A stretch of 64,000 nucleotides of DNA from Vicugna vicugna. Taxonomy: Eukaryota. Under the pieces are notes generated by a model. The model searched no databases, was not told the DNA's origin, and was given only the letters and a program-made list of their open reading frames with translations. Positions 12,437-22,945 of the stretch are shown here, piece by piece (the first letter of the stretch is position 1; each line of letters begins with the position of its first letter). A program made the position numbers and the translations under genes. The DNA is taken from positions 1,201,523 to 1,265,522 of the forward strand of contig MU058463.1 in NCBI GenBank assembly GCA_013265495.1, given 5' to 3'.

Positions 12437-14589
12437 TAAGTATATATATGTATCTCCTTTAAAAAAGACTGTTCACTACTTGTTTTGTGTGGGATTCTGT
12501 GAATGTCTCTTAAATAGTGTCTGAACTTTTTTTTTTTTATTTTTGAACTAAAATATTTTGTGTCAAGATTACAATTTTTTCCTTTGTCCTACAATTCTAT
12601 TTTTATTAATTGACATTAATATGACAAGATTTTTGTTAGTATTTCTGATATACATTCTATATTCTTACACTCAATTTTTCTATATACTATTCATGCTTTC
12701 TCTACATTTTTTAAATTGTATAAGATTTTTAAAAATCTGCATTGTTAATATCTTTGAGGAAGTAATTTTAATATTTCTATTTATTTAGTTGCAGATATAA
12801 TTGAACTCATCCCTTTCATCTTATTTTGTGTTTTCTACTTAGTGTGCCTTTATCTTCTTTTTCTCCTTTTCCCTTCTGTACAATTTATCAAGTTTTCTTC
12901 ATTACCTTAATTTATCCCATTTTGAAATTTATACTTTACCTTCCTTTATATAGCTAAACCTTTAAGATTTGAATAGATATGAATGATTCATCACATACTA
13001 TTATCTCTCAAAAGCATTGATTCTATTTCTCCCCATCCTCCATTACTCTCGTTATTTTAGTCCTATCTTATTGTTAAAGGTCCACAAATCAACATTGTTG
13101 TGAATTTATAATCAATGTACACAACGTTTAGTTTGACAGACTTTATAGAAATTTTCAGACACCTAAGAAAGCAAAAGAATGGTAAAATGAACCCCCGTGT
13201 AACTGTCACCAAGCTTCGGTAACTAACAGATATCTAGCATCCTTTTTTCATTTGTTTTCCACACAAGGTTTTTTTGCTGCAGCATTTTAACGCCAACTGC
13301 TAGCAGTCACACATCATTTCACCATGAAACACTCAATGTAGATAGTAGAGATAAGACTTTTTAAACATATATAATATGAGTAAGAATTTTAGAAGTTCCT
13401 TCAAATATTAGTATTTATATTACTGCCCCCAAAGTTAATATTCTGAGTTACTATATTTACTGAAGATTTAATTTCATTTTCTTGTAGAATATTTGATTAC
13501 ACATGACAAGTCTGCATTTATGCTAATGGATATTTTATCTTTTCTTTTTTCTTACTTTTAATAGACCCACTCTGCCTTTAACATGCTGCTTCTAGGTGGA
13601 TCAGTATGTATATTTTATACGTTCTTTGACTGAGGCTGATTGTTTTTTAAAATCCAGAGTCCCAAGGACATTCTTTAATTTCTGAAAGTTCATTATCATC
13701 ACAAGCATTACCTTATTTTATCACCCTTTTCAGAGTATCCTATCAGACACATATCCCAAGTCCTTTTAAGTCTCTTCTCCTTGTTTATTAACCTTTCAGT
13801 ATTTTTATCTCTGTATCTTTCTGTCATTCTTTCAATTTTGTCCTTTCTTTAGATCTATGAAAATCTCTTCAGCTGAGAAATGCTTCAATTTATCTGTCTA
13901 GTGAGTATTTAAATTTTATGATCATATATATTCATATCTATCAAGAAGTTTATTTTTCACTCACATATGTATTCTTTTCCATACTCATTATCTAAAAGTG
14001 GCTTATATTCTTTTACCTATTTATTCAAATATTTATGCTTGTGTCTCTTTCAGATTGTTGTCTCCAATTCCTAAGGTGCTAATTCTTTTGTTTATTGTAA
14101 GCTGCTAACTTTTCCTTATGGTGGTTTACTTCAGCCTGTATTTTATAACTTTCGATACTGAGTTTACCTCCTATGAGGTTTGATTTTCCTGTGCAAGTCC
14201 AGTGGGTGCTGTTATTTGACCACTCAAAAATTTTGAGTTTGACTTTTTCAAGGCTTCAGGGTTTTCTCCATTACAACTTTCATGTTGTTTTCATAGTTTA
14301 GAGATCCATTAAACAAGGGCACTTATAAAAGTTCCTGTCTTATAAGCAATATTTCACATAACATTTTTTTCTCAGTCACAGCTTTTCTTGCCATTTCACA
14401 GCCAAGAAGAGGACATTATTCTAATCCCCCTTTCGTGATGAGGCATCTCACTGATATGTCAACTTTATATAGAAGGCTCAGTAACATTCCTGCTTGTATC
14501 AAAATTTGATCCTAGTCCTCAGGCCCATGTCCTTACTACTGTCCTCATTAGCTTCTAAGTTCTTAGCTCCTACTTAGTGCACCAGTGTT

Positions 14590-15275
14590 AACTCATCTCT
14601 GATGAATTTAGGATTGCCTTTTCTATTTCTGTGATAAATGTCATTGGCATGGTCACTGGGATGGTGGTTATCAAAAACAACAAAAGCTAACAACTGTTGA
14701 CAATAATGTGGAGAAACTGGAACCCTTGTACACTGTTGGTGGGAATATAAAATGGAGCAACCACTATGAAAAGCAATATAAAGGAATCCTAAAAAAAAAT
14801 AAGAATAGTACTATCATACGATCCAGCAATCCCACTTCTGGGTATATATCCCAAAGAACTGAAAACAAGATGTTGAACATAGTCTGCACTCCTATGTTCC
14901 TTATAGCATTATTCACAACAACCTAAATGTCCACTGATGGATGTATGGATAAAGATGATATGGCATATATATATATATATAATGGAATAGTATTAAGGTT
15001 TTAAAAAGAAAGAAATCCTGCCATATAAAACAACATGAATGAACTTAGAGAACATTATATTAAGTGAAATAAATCAGTTTTAGAAGAATAAACATTGCAT
15101 GATTCCACTTATATCAAGTATCTAATGTAGTCAAACTCATACATGCAGAAAGTAGAATGGTGGGCTGGGAGAAGCAGGAAATGGAGATATAAAGTTTCAG
15201 TTATATGAGATGGATAAAGTTCTAGAGATCGACTGTACAACACATATATAGTTAATACTGTATTGTACACCCAAT
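14590..15275 (+). mobile_element. L1MA-type 3' fragment with a short inverted ORF2 piece at its 5' end (~14590-14660)
   Basis: gtggagaaactggaacccttgtacactgttggtgggaat...gatccagcaatcccacttctgggtatatatccc; preceded by antisense ttaggattgccttttctatttctgtga. Confidence 0.8.
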
Positions 15276-15313
15276 GTAATGGCATTTAGTCAATTTGTAG
15301 ATGCAAATAACTC

Positions 15314-15315
<2 letters not shown>

Positions 15316-15345
<30 letters not shown>
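15316..15345. repeat. (CA)n microsatellite
   Basis: Direct read. Confidence 0.95.
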
Positions 15346-15349
<4 letters not shown>

Positions 15350-16566
15350 CTGGATTATCTTAACCCTCTATTATTGGGTAAAAAAATTGTTATGTCATTA
15401 ATATTTTTGTCCCTAATATGAAAAGACAAATATTACTGCATTATTTTCATATCCTTTTCCATTCCTGCACTGATTAAGAATTATTTTTTGCCTCCTCTAT
15501 TTGTAAGCCTTTGATAAACAAAATCAAGATAATATTTGAGAAGATGAATTGAGAGTCTCTAAGCCTCACTGGATAGATTTATTTGGGTAGCATACATTTA
15601 CTGGCAAGAAAACAAATGATTAGATCCAGAAGTCTTAGGTGAATAGACTGAAAAATGTAAATCCAGCCCAAGCTAATATAGATGGAAAATTTAAAAGAGA
15701 TTTTAGAGGAAAAGAGAAATTTGGGGACATTCTAATGAATGCAGTATATATAATATGAAGAAGAATTTTAGAAGTTCCTTCTGAATTAAAAACACATTTT
15801 TGGCATTTTGAATTTATAGCAATTTAAAATCCTTTTCAATTACAGTTTAGTCTATTTCACTTATTGTTAACTTATAAATGGTAAGATTAGACCACAAATG
15901 GCTTGACATTATATAAGTTACAGTGCTTTCAAACTTGTCTAGGCAAAGATGACTATCATGGGAGCAGAAATTTCATAAAATTAGCTCATTTGTTTCTAAG
16001 CTATGAAACTACCATAAAGGTCGGCTATAAAACTTTGAATATTTTCCTCTTTACAAGTCTCGCTAGCAATACAGTGTTTTTCAATTTTGTGACAATGGCA
16101 TATGACCATTTTCTATATAGCATATACTTAGAGTATGAAATCTTAAATTTTACGTTTTGTACTATATTTATTAAATGATACTATCTCAATTTCTACATGG
16201 TTTTAATTTCTAAATTTTCAGGTGCAACATTATACTGCTTATTTGAACTTCCTGCTATGCTTAGGAATTAAGGTATAGGCCAATACTCTTTGCATAACTA
16301 GTGGTAATACAATGGGCACTAAATTTGAGTAACTATATCATATTAGTTTACTACACTTTTCTCACCCTCGGGGCAAGAAATATTAAGTTCAGGGTGATGG
16401 TTTAGCATATGTATCATATAATAACCTTGCAACAATAAGTAAAAACAAAACCAATTGGAAATATATATAATGTTGCTATTCTATTCACTCATGCTTATTT
16501 TGTACAACTAGTTTTTATTGTATTCCTTGGTGAGAAAAAGAACAAGAATAGTAATTGTTAACTTAC

Positions 16567-16621
16567 AGTAAAAACTATTTTTATGAAGGGATTTTAAGTA
16601 GCACACAAAACTAGTCTTGGT
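16567..16621 (-). CDS. Candidate 55-nt exon (TKTSFVCYLKSLHKNSFY)
   Basis: Strong acceptor cttgattctgtcttcctctgttctag|AC, donor ACT|gtaagt, open frame, phase 0->1 joins exon 11786-11955 / 9013-9182. Confidence 0.55.
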
Positions 16622-16809
16622 CTAGAACAGAGGAAGACAGAATCAAGAAAGGTGTTCTCAGGACACTGTTGATGGAACTATTACCACCATTGCACACCTC
16701 CCTGCCACTGAACATCCACCAGTGCCATCTCAAGTAAATCTTAAGTAGACCTATGGTTTTGACTACAACACTAGTGACCAATACCTGTTGACAGAAATCT
16801 GAAAGAACC

Positions 16810-17015
16810 AGATCTAAATTACTGGACATAAAATAGATAATCAATAAGGATTTACTATATAGCACAGAACTATATTCAATATTTTGTAATGACCTAGGAT
16901 GGAAAATAATTTCAGATTATTATATATATTATATATATATATGTAACTGAATCACTTTGCTGTACACCTGAAACTACTACAATATTGTAAATCAACTATA
17001 CTTTAATAAAGAAAA
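16810..17015 (+). mobile_element. L1 3' end fragment
   Basis: aataaggatttactatatagcacag...gaatcactttgctgtacacctgaaact...aaatcaactatactttaataaa. Confidence 0.8.
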
Positions 17016-17019
17016 ATCA

Positions 17020-17630
17020 GTAGCATAACTTGGCTGAGGTGGCTGAATAGAGTAACTGGAATATTTTAGTCGCAATTATATTTACACCAGAATGGGGGCA
17101 AAGATACATCTGGACAGGTATGGACAAGGGGAGCGGGGAGGGATAAAACTGACCCAGAAGACTGACTGACTCCTAGAAAATGTATCTGGGAAACCCATAA
17201 AAACACCTTAAGAGAAAAAGATTTAGGTTTAGAATCCACTGTGAAAAGACAAGCTTCGTTTGTAACTATACCAGGTGTAGGTCTTCCCTATACCTTATAG
17301 CTCTTCCTTCTCCCCATGTTTCTACTCATCAAAGGATCCAAGACTTCAGCAAATAAACAGGAGAGAAAGAAGAGATAGAAATAGCATCACTATGCTTCCC
17401 TTCCATACTGCAGAATTCAGAGTGAGCAAGGTCTGAATAAAGAAATTTGAATCTGCACTACGTTTTGCAATTTTGCTATTAAACTAAAGGAGACTCTTAA
17501 TTTACAGAAAGCGATCTGAACACTTGCCCAGAGTTTTGCCCACTGATCAGGGAGAAATAAGCTAAGAGAGCAGGTTTAAAGGGTCAGCTGTGAGGAGGTC
17601 TAACATTTGTTTCTCTGTGAACACTTACCT
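17020..17630. mobile_element. Ancient LTR remnant (LTR78/Gypsy-like)
   Basis: gagagcaggtttaaagggtcagctgtgagg and cttgcccagag segments resemble old mammalian LTRs; family call uncertain. Confidence 0.4.
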
Positions 17631-18087
17631 ACTGTAGCTTGTAAAATTGTTATACAGCTAGTTACACTACCAAAGTTAATTTAGTATTTATTTTATTTTG
17701 GTGTGTATATACTAAGTACTATTATGTATTTTGTAGGTACCAGTTACCATATAATAAGGTCATTTAATTATCTTGATATGTATATATTCTGTATTCATGA
17801 TCTCAAGAAACACAGTTTGTAAGGAACTTGATACATACGCAGTAGTTAAAGTGAACGTTAAACAGATGTAGAGAAAACACACCCACCTCTGTGGGTCAGG
17901 CAGGATACGTGTGTTAACTGAGATTCTGAATAAAGCCATGGATAAATGGCTACAGACAGATACTACTTTAAAAGTACAACAGAATTAGAACAAACACATA
18001 GGCTGAGGGAAAGACAGAATGTGTATGAAATGTATACGAAGAAGTGTATGTAAAGTAAATAGTCAAGAATAAGATTAAAAAATACAG

Positions 18088-18375
18088 TCTATCCCTTCCC
18101 ACCCACCCCCGGAGTTCAAAATTTGTAGACACTGACAGGCATATGCAGAATAGATAAACAGGATTATACTGTATAGCACAGGGAAATATATACAAGATTC
18201 TGTGGTAGCTCACAGTGAAAAAAAACCCAGCCAAGAATGAAGATACAGAAAGAACAGAAAAACAAAATAACCACAATGAACATACGTATGTTCATGTATA
18301 ACTGAAAAATCGTGCTCTACACTGGAATTTGACGCAACATTGTAAAATGACTATTACTCAATAAAAAAATGTTAA
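18088..18375 (+). mobile_element. Young camelid-type L1 3' end with a 23-bp 5' inversion and an internal foreign 55-bp insert
   Basis: TSD aaaaaatacag (18077-18087 / 18376-18386) at a TT|AAAA site; 18088-18110 is the reverse complement of the G-rich L1 3'UTR tract. Confidence 0.9.
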
Positions 18376-18696
18376 AAAAAATACAGAAGCAAGCTACGGA
18401 ACAAGTAATAAAAGTTAATTTAAATAATTGCTATAACTTTAAACATCGACTGGAAATAAGCCAATGTAGAGAGAATTTATTGTAACTGAAAGAATGAGTG
18501 ATATTTCATAGAAGAACTTGTTCTAAGTGTTGAAGAATGAGAAGGTTTTAGATACACTGAGAAAATAAGGAAACAAAGCCATGCTGTTAGTCCCAATTTT
18601 TTTTTAAAGATCTCTGTAGTTCAAGTCTTTTTTGTTGTTGTTTTCAACTTTATTTGTTAGTTTGCATGCTTACTTTTGAAAACAATTTTTAAATAG

Positions 18697-18839
18697 CTGT
18701 ATTTTTATTTTATTTACTTTTTGAAGGGGGAGGTAATGAGGTTTACTTATTTACTTTTTGTTTTTAATGGAGGTACTAGGGACTGAATCCAGGACTGTGC
18801 ATGCCAGCATGCACTCTACCACTGAGCTATACCCTCCCC
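18697..18839 (-). mobile_element. tRNA-derived camelid SINE
   Basis: Minus strand ggggagggtatagctcagtggtagagtgcatgc...ggattcagtccctagtacctccatt plus an A-rich tail. Confidence 0.9.
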
Positions 18840-19764
18840 ATTCTTTTTGTTTTTAGTTTTTAAACTTGAGTGAACACTGATTTATAACCCTCTATGTTTC
18901 TATTGTACAAAATTCTGTTTCTACTTCTGTATACCCTACAACATGCTCACCACCAAAAACATATCTTCCATCCATCACCATACAGCTGATCCCCTTTACC
19001 CACTGTAGTCCTGATTGTTCTGATGCCTCTTGTACCAGGCACTGAGATAAAAATGAAGTTTCACTTTAGCTACCCCACACTATAAATAGCATATAATGTT
19101 TAACTCAGCGAATTTTGTGAAATTATTATCTGTGAGTTCCAGTTTTCTCTTATATAATATAGATACACTGGCCTTCTTTTCTGACAGTGTCATTCTCAGG
19201 ATTCAATAAAATGAGATAATGTATCTGAAAATGTTTTATGGATCGTAAAGCTATATAAATGTAAGGCATGATTATTTTTTAAACCGCAATTCAAATCACT
19301 CAAAGATCCTCCAGAGATTTTCCAAAGCACGGCAATCAGTGGAAGAGTGATAAATTATAGTCATGATAAATGAATGAATATAATAAAGAGTATTACATTT
19401 ATTACACAATTTAGATTTTCTGCAATGCCTATTTAGAATTATTATCTTGGGCAAAAACAGAGCTTCTTTATTCCTTTAGAGGGCAAAATATCAAACTCAC
19501 ATCATGTTGAAGGAGTAACTCGAAGGTAAAATAGATTTATTGCTTACATGTAGTAATACTGAACATTGATGCAGGTACATTTTATATTACTTCAAACTCA
19601 AGCACTTAGACATTACAGTATATTAAAAAAATCTTAACTTCTAAATATAGGGTAGATTACATTATATAAAGACTAAATTAAGAAAAACTGTATCTTGGCA
19701 GTATGACAAATGATAGAGCATTATTATAACGTTGATTCATGGACCGAGGAGAAAGTATATGACA

Positions 19765-19882
19765 CCACAGTTTTGTGTTTATGTAGTCATTCTTCATGTG
19801 ACAAAAGGGAAGCCCATTAGCAATGTTCTGTGTAAGGTCTGTTGCTCGGTTAAGAGTGTTCTAGGACCACAGTGATCCAAAG
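19765..19882 (-). other. Probable exon 2 (strong acceptor; donor uncertain)
   Basis: tttcctttctttctgttctttcttctctccctgtctgtag|CTTTGG; contains ATGACTACATAA at 19790-19779; only a weak donor (G|gtgtca) is seen. Confidence 0.4.
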
Positions 19883-21079
19883 CTACAGACAGGGAGAGAA
19901 GAAAGAACAGAAAGAAAGGAAATCCAAATTACTGTGGATCTGAGTGACTTTCGTTGCTGGGAAAACCCAGCCAAGAATGAAAGATACAGAAAGAACAGAA
20001 AACCAAAATAACCACAACAACAGCAAAGAAGAGTTTTTTCTTTCCTATTGCAGATGGGAGTGGTGAATTGCAAAATTAATTTCAGAACTGAGATTTTGCA
20101 TACATGTTCTTTTTACATAGTTCCCAATATGAATCAGACTATCAGTTTGGATTTTCACATGTCCTGTAGAGAATCAGATTTCAGGATTGAACCTGGAAAA
20201 GCTGTTTACATCTGTAACATTCTCATCATTTCCCAATTATTTTAAATAGCAGGAGAGGATCATCAATTTATTAGTCAGATCAAGTTGGTCAGTTTTGAAA
20301 AGATTCTCACTTAAGTTTGAAAAGTAGAAGAATGAACTAAAAATGGACTATATTTATTAGAAAGAATGGTCAAATGAAGTAAGAGAAATATGTCAAATTA
20401 TAAATTAGAGGGTAGCAAATGCAACAATTAGACCAGCCTTCTGAGCAGCAAGTCAGAAATAGCCTATCTCTGAACAAGCACTGGATTAAGAATGTGGTAC
20501 GTAAGAAATTCATTCATAGCAAAAATGTTTGCAAAACGATCTAGAGAGTTAACTGACAATAACAATAGCATACAGTTACAAATTGCCATATATATTTCAT
20601 GACATTCTTTCTTGACATTCACACTTAATAAGCTGGAGAGCAGGTATTTCCTCAACTTTAAAGGTGAGGAAAATGAGGTCAAAGAGAATATTTGCTTTCG
20701 CCAAAGCCAGACCCAGTAAACAGCCACCCGGGATTTAACGCGTCTCCCAGTAGGCCTCTTTTCCTAAATCCTCTCTCTTTTCTTCTACTATTATTCTCTA
20801 TCAGTAGAAGAAATATTCCACACAGCACATATCGGCCTATCATTAATTGATTTTTCTGCCATGCTCACACTCATTCATGCCAGTATTAGGTCACTTTAGC
20901 ATAAAACATTTAAAAATATTATACTGTATTATGTTAAGTAGAGAGTTTAGAGATTCCAACACAGAATTGAAAATAACCATTGATTTGCTTTTCCAGATCT
21001 GCAGAACAGTCATGATTTCAGGTGACTCTATTTAACTTTTCAATTTGCTGAAGTGTGCAATTAAGAAAGTGGTATTACA

Positions 21080-22560
21080 CACGCGACCCGGTTAGGAGTG
21101 GACCCTCTGTCCAAGGCCCCTCGCTGGCTGGGCCAGAGGCTGTGCCCGCTGCCCCATGCCAGCCTGTGGACACCTCACCCCCCTGGGTTTGTGGTGAGAT
21201 GTTGCGTGTGGTCCTGACAAGTTTCTCCCCGCGGTCCTCTCTTCTCCTAAAGAGCCTGCCAGCCAGCCCTGACCACCATACATGGAATTTCTGTCCTTGC
21301 AATCAAGAACTCCTACGGTCCCAAAATCCCTGTATCTGTCAGCGCTTCAGAGTCAAATGACAAGATGCTCGGCCAGCTGGACAGGACATCTCCCTGGGTC
21401 ACCCGGGACACCCGTTCCCTGCAGTGACCTGCCAGGGTCAGGGACTGACGTTGATCCCTTACACACTCCCCCACACACACCGCTTCCCCCACCACCGCAG
21501 GCAGCATGAGCGGCCGTCTGCTGCCTTGCCGGGCTTCCCTCCCAAAGTGACGCAGCATCCAGGACGCTTTTTTCCTGCCTTCCAAAGCCCCTGTCGACAT
21601 CATCCAACCCGCTGTCACTGTGGTTCCCTTCACCCCCAGCCACACCTGCCTGGGACTCTAGAGAGGGCCTAAAACATCCCAGCAACAGATTTCCCAGGCG
21701 GCGCAGGAGCCGGCCTCCCTGCCTCCTCCACCCTCAGGAGTCACGAGAGGTCTCTGAGTCCAGCACTGAGCGGCCCCGCCCTCCAGGCCCAGGTGGTCCC
21801 TGCAGAGCAGGAGTCCCAGGTCCACACGCTCACACACCTCCTCACCGCCCCTCAGAGCTGGGCCTGCGAACTCCCACAGGCTTGTTCGTTACGACCTTCC
21901 TTAAGTGTCCCCGGTGGTAGGTCCATCACAGAGGGGCCCCGTGACGCCTGGCGCCCTACAGCTCCACCGGCCGCTGCCAGGTCTCCGGGCACAGACCCGG
22001 GGGCCTGGCCGCCGCGCCCTCCCGCCCTCCGCGGGGGCTGGCGTCACTGGGGCGGAAGTCGTGCCCACGCAGACCCGCCCACCTCCGCTCCCGGCCCGGG
22101 ACGTGGGTCAGAGCGCCGGCGGCGGGGCCACACTGCCCGCCGCCCCGGCCGGCTCCGCGCCCCATTCACCACCAGTGCGCCGCCCGGACCTCCAGGGCAA
22201 ACAACAAAAGCAGTCCTGAAATAAACGGAACCAGAACTCGCAGAACTTTGCGGAGTCCACGAAGCAAACTGCAAAACGGAACCAGAACTCACCGGGACGC
22301 TCTGGGTCTCACAGAACCTTCGAAAGTTCACCGGAGCAGTGGTTCCCTCGGTCAGGACTGGAGCGTGCAGCCACGGGCACTGCCTTGTGCTGGGCCGGGA
22401 CCTGCAGGGTCCTCACAGCCCGGCCGCACTCTGGACCCTCCCAGAGCTTCTGCGGCTTCTGATGACGTCACTTTTATGTTAACAGCCTCATTCCCGTGGG
22501 GGTGGAAGCCAAATTCTCCTCCTCCTCCTTGTGGACCACGTGCAGGCCCATTGGCATCAC
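21080..22560. promoter_or_regulatory. CpG island / promoter
   Basis: Abrupt GC- and CpG-rich segment in an AT-rich background; GGGGCGGAAGT (22049-22059), TGACGTCA (22463-22470), CACGTG (~22537), minus-strand CCAAT (~22550). Confidence 0.9.
22293..22400 (-). other. Probable non-coding first exon
   Basis: Consensus donor CCG|gtgagt at 22293/22292; CRE and CCAAT lie upstream on the minus strand; no ATG; TSS not determined. Confidence 0.5.
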
Positions 22561-22635
22561 CTGGATCTTGTTAAAAGTGCTAAATCCTAGGCCTTCAGCA
22601 ATGGATTGATAGCATCTGCACTTGACAAGTTTCCC
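22530..22635. mobile_element. MER5-like DNA transposon remnant
   Basis: ggcatcacctggatcttgttaaaagtgctaaatcctaggcc...atctgcacttgacaagtttccca. Confidence 0.6.
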
Positions 22636-22945
22636 AAGATCTATTGCTACATAACAAATAGCTCCAGAGTGTAATGGCTGGAAACAATAAGCACTGATGA
22701 TCTCACATCTTTTCTTAGGGTTAAGAAACAGCTTAGCTGGAGGGCTCCTGCTTAGTTTTTCCTAAGGCTCCAGTCAGGATTTGGCCAAGGCTTGACTTTT
22801 AGGCTGGAGGATCCACTTTCAAGGTCATTAACTCACACTGCCTGGCAAGGTAATGCTGGTGTGGCAGGAGGTGACAGCTCCTCATCATGCTTCCTCTCCA
22901 CCTCACGGGACTGCTTGAGTGTCCTTACAGCATTGGTGGCTTTCT
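22636..22945. mobile_element. MaLR (MLT1-type) LTR fragment
   Basis: ctattgctacataacaaa...cagcttagctgg...ggctggaggatccactttcaagg...ctgcttgagtgtcctta. Confidence 0.75.

Larger units (their letters stand above)
1818..22400 (-). pseudogene. Spliced IQCM-like (IQ domain-containing protein M paralog) gene, probably pseudogenising
   Basis: CpG-island promoter with minus-strand donor; GT-AG exons with compatible phases; peptides LRQVCFPKLLS, KKKKIGPHV, LQADV..., KSFDRG resemble recalled IQCM segments in the same order; in-frame TAA in one exon. The upstream boundary (TSS) is approximate. Confidence 0.55.

Noticed and set aside
18780..18839. tRNA-like sequence (also 34365-34441)
   Set aside because: Head of a tRNA-derived SINE with AT-rich tail, not a tRNA gene
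21055..22574. Many overlapping 60-143 aa ORFs on both strands
   Set aside because: Expected from stop-codon scarcity in a GC-rich CpG island; Pro/Ala/Gly/Arg-rich with no recognisable domain
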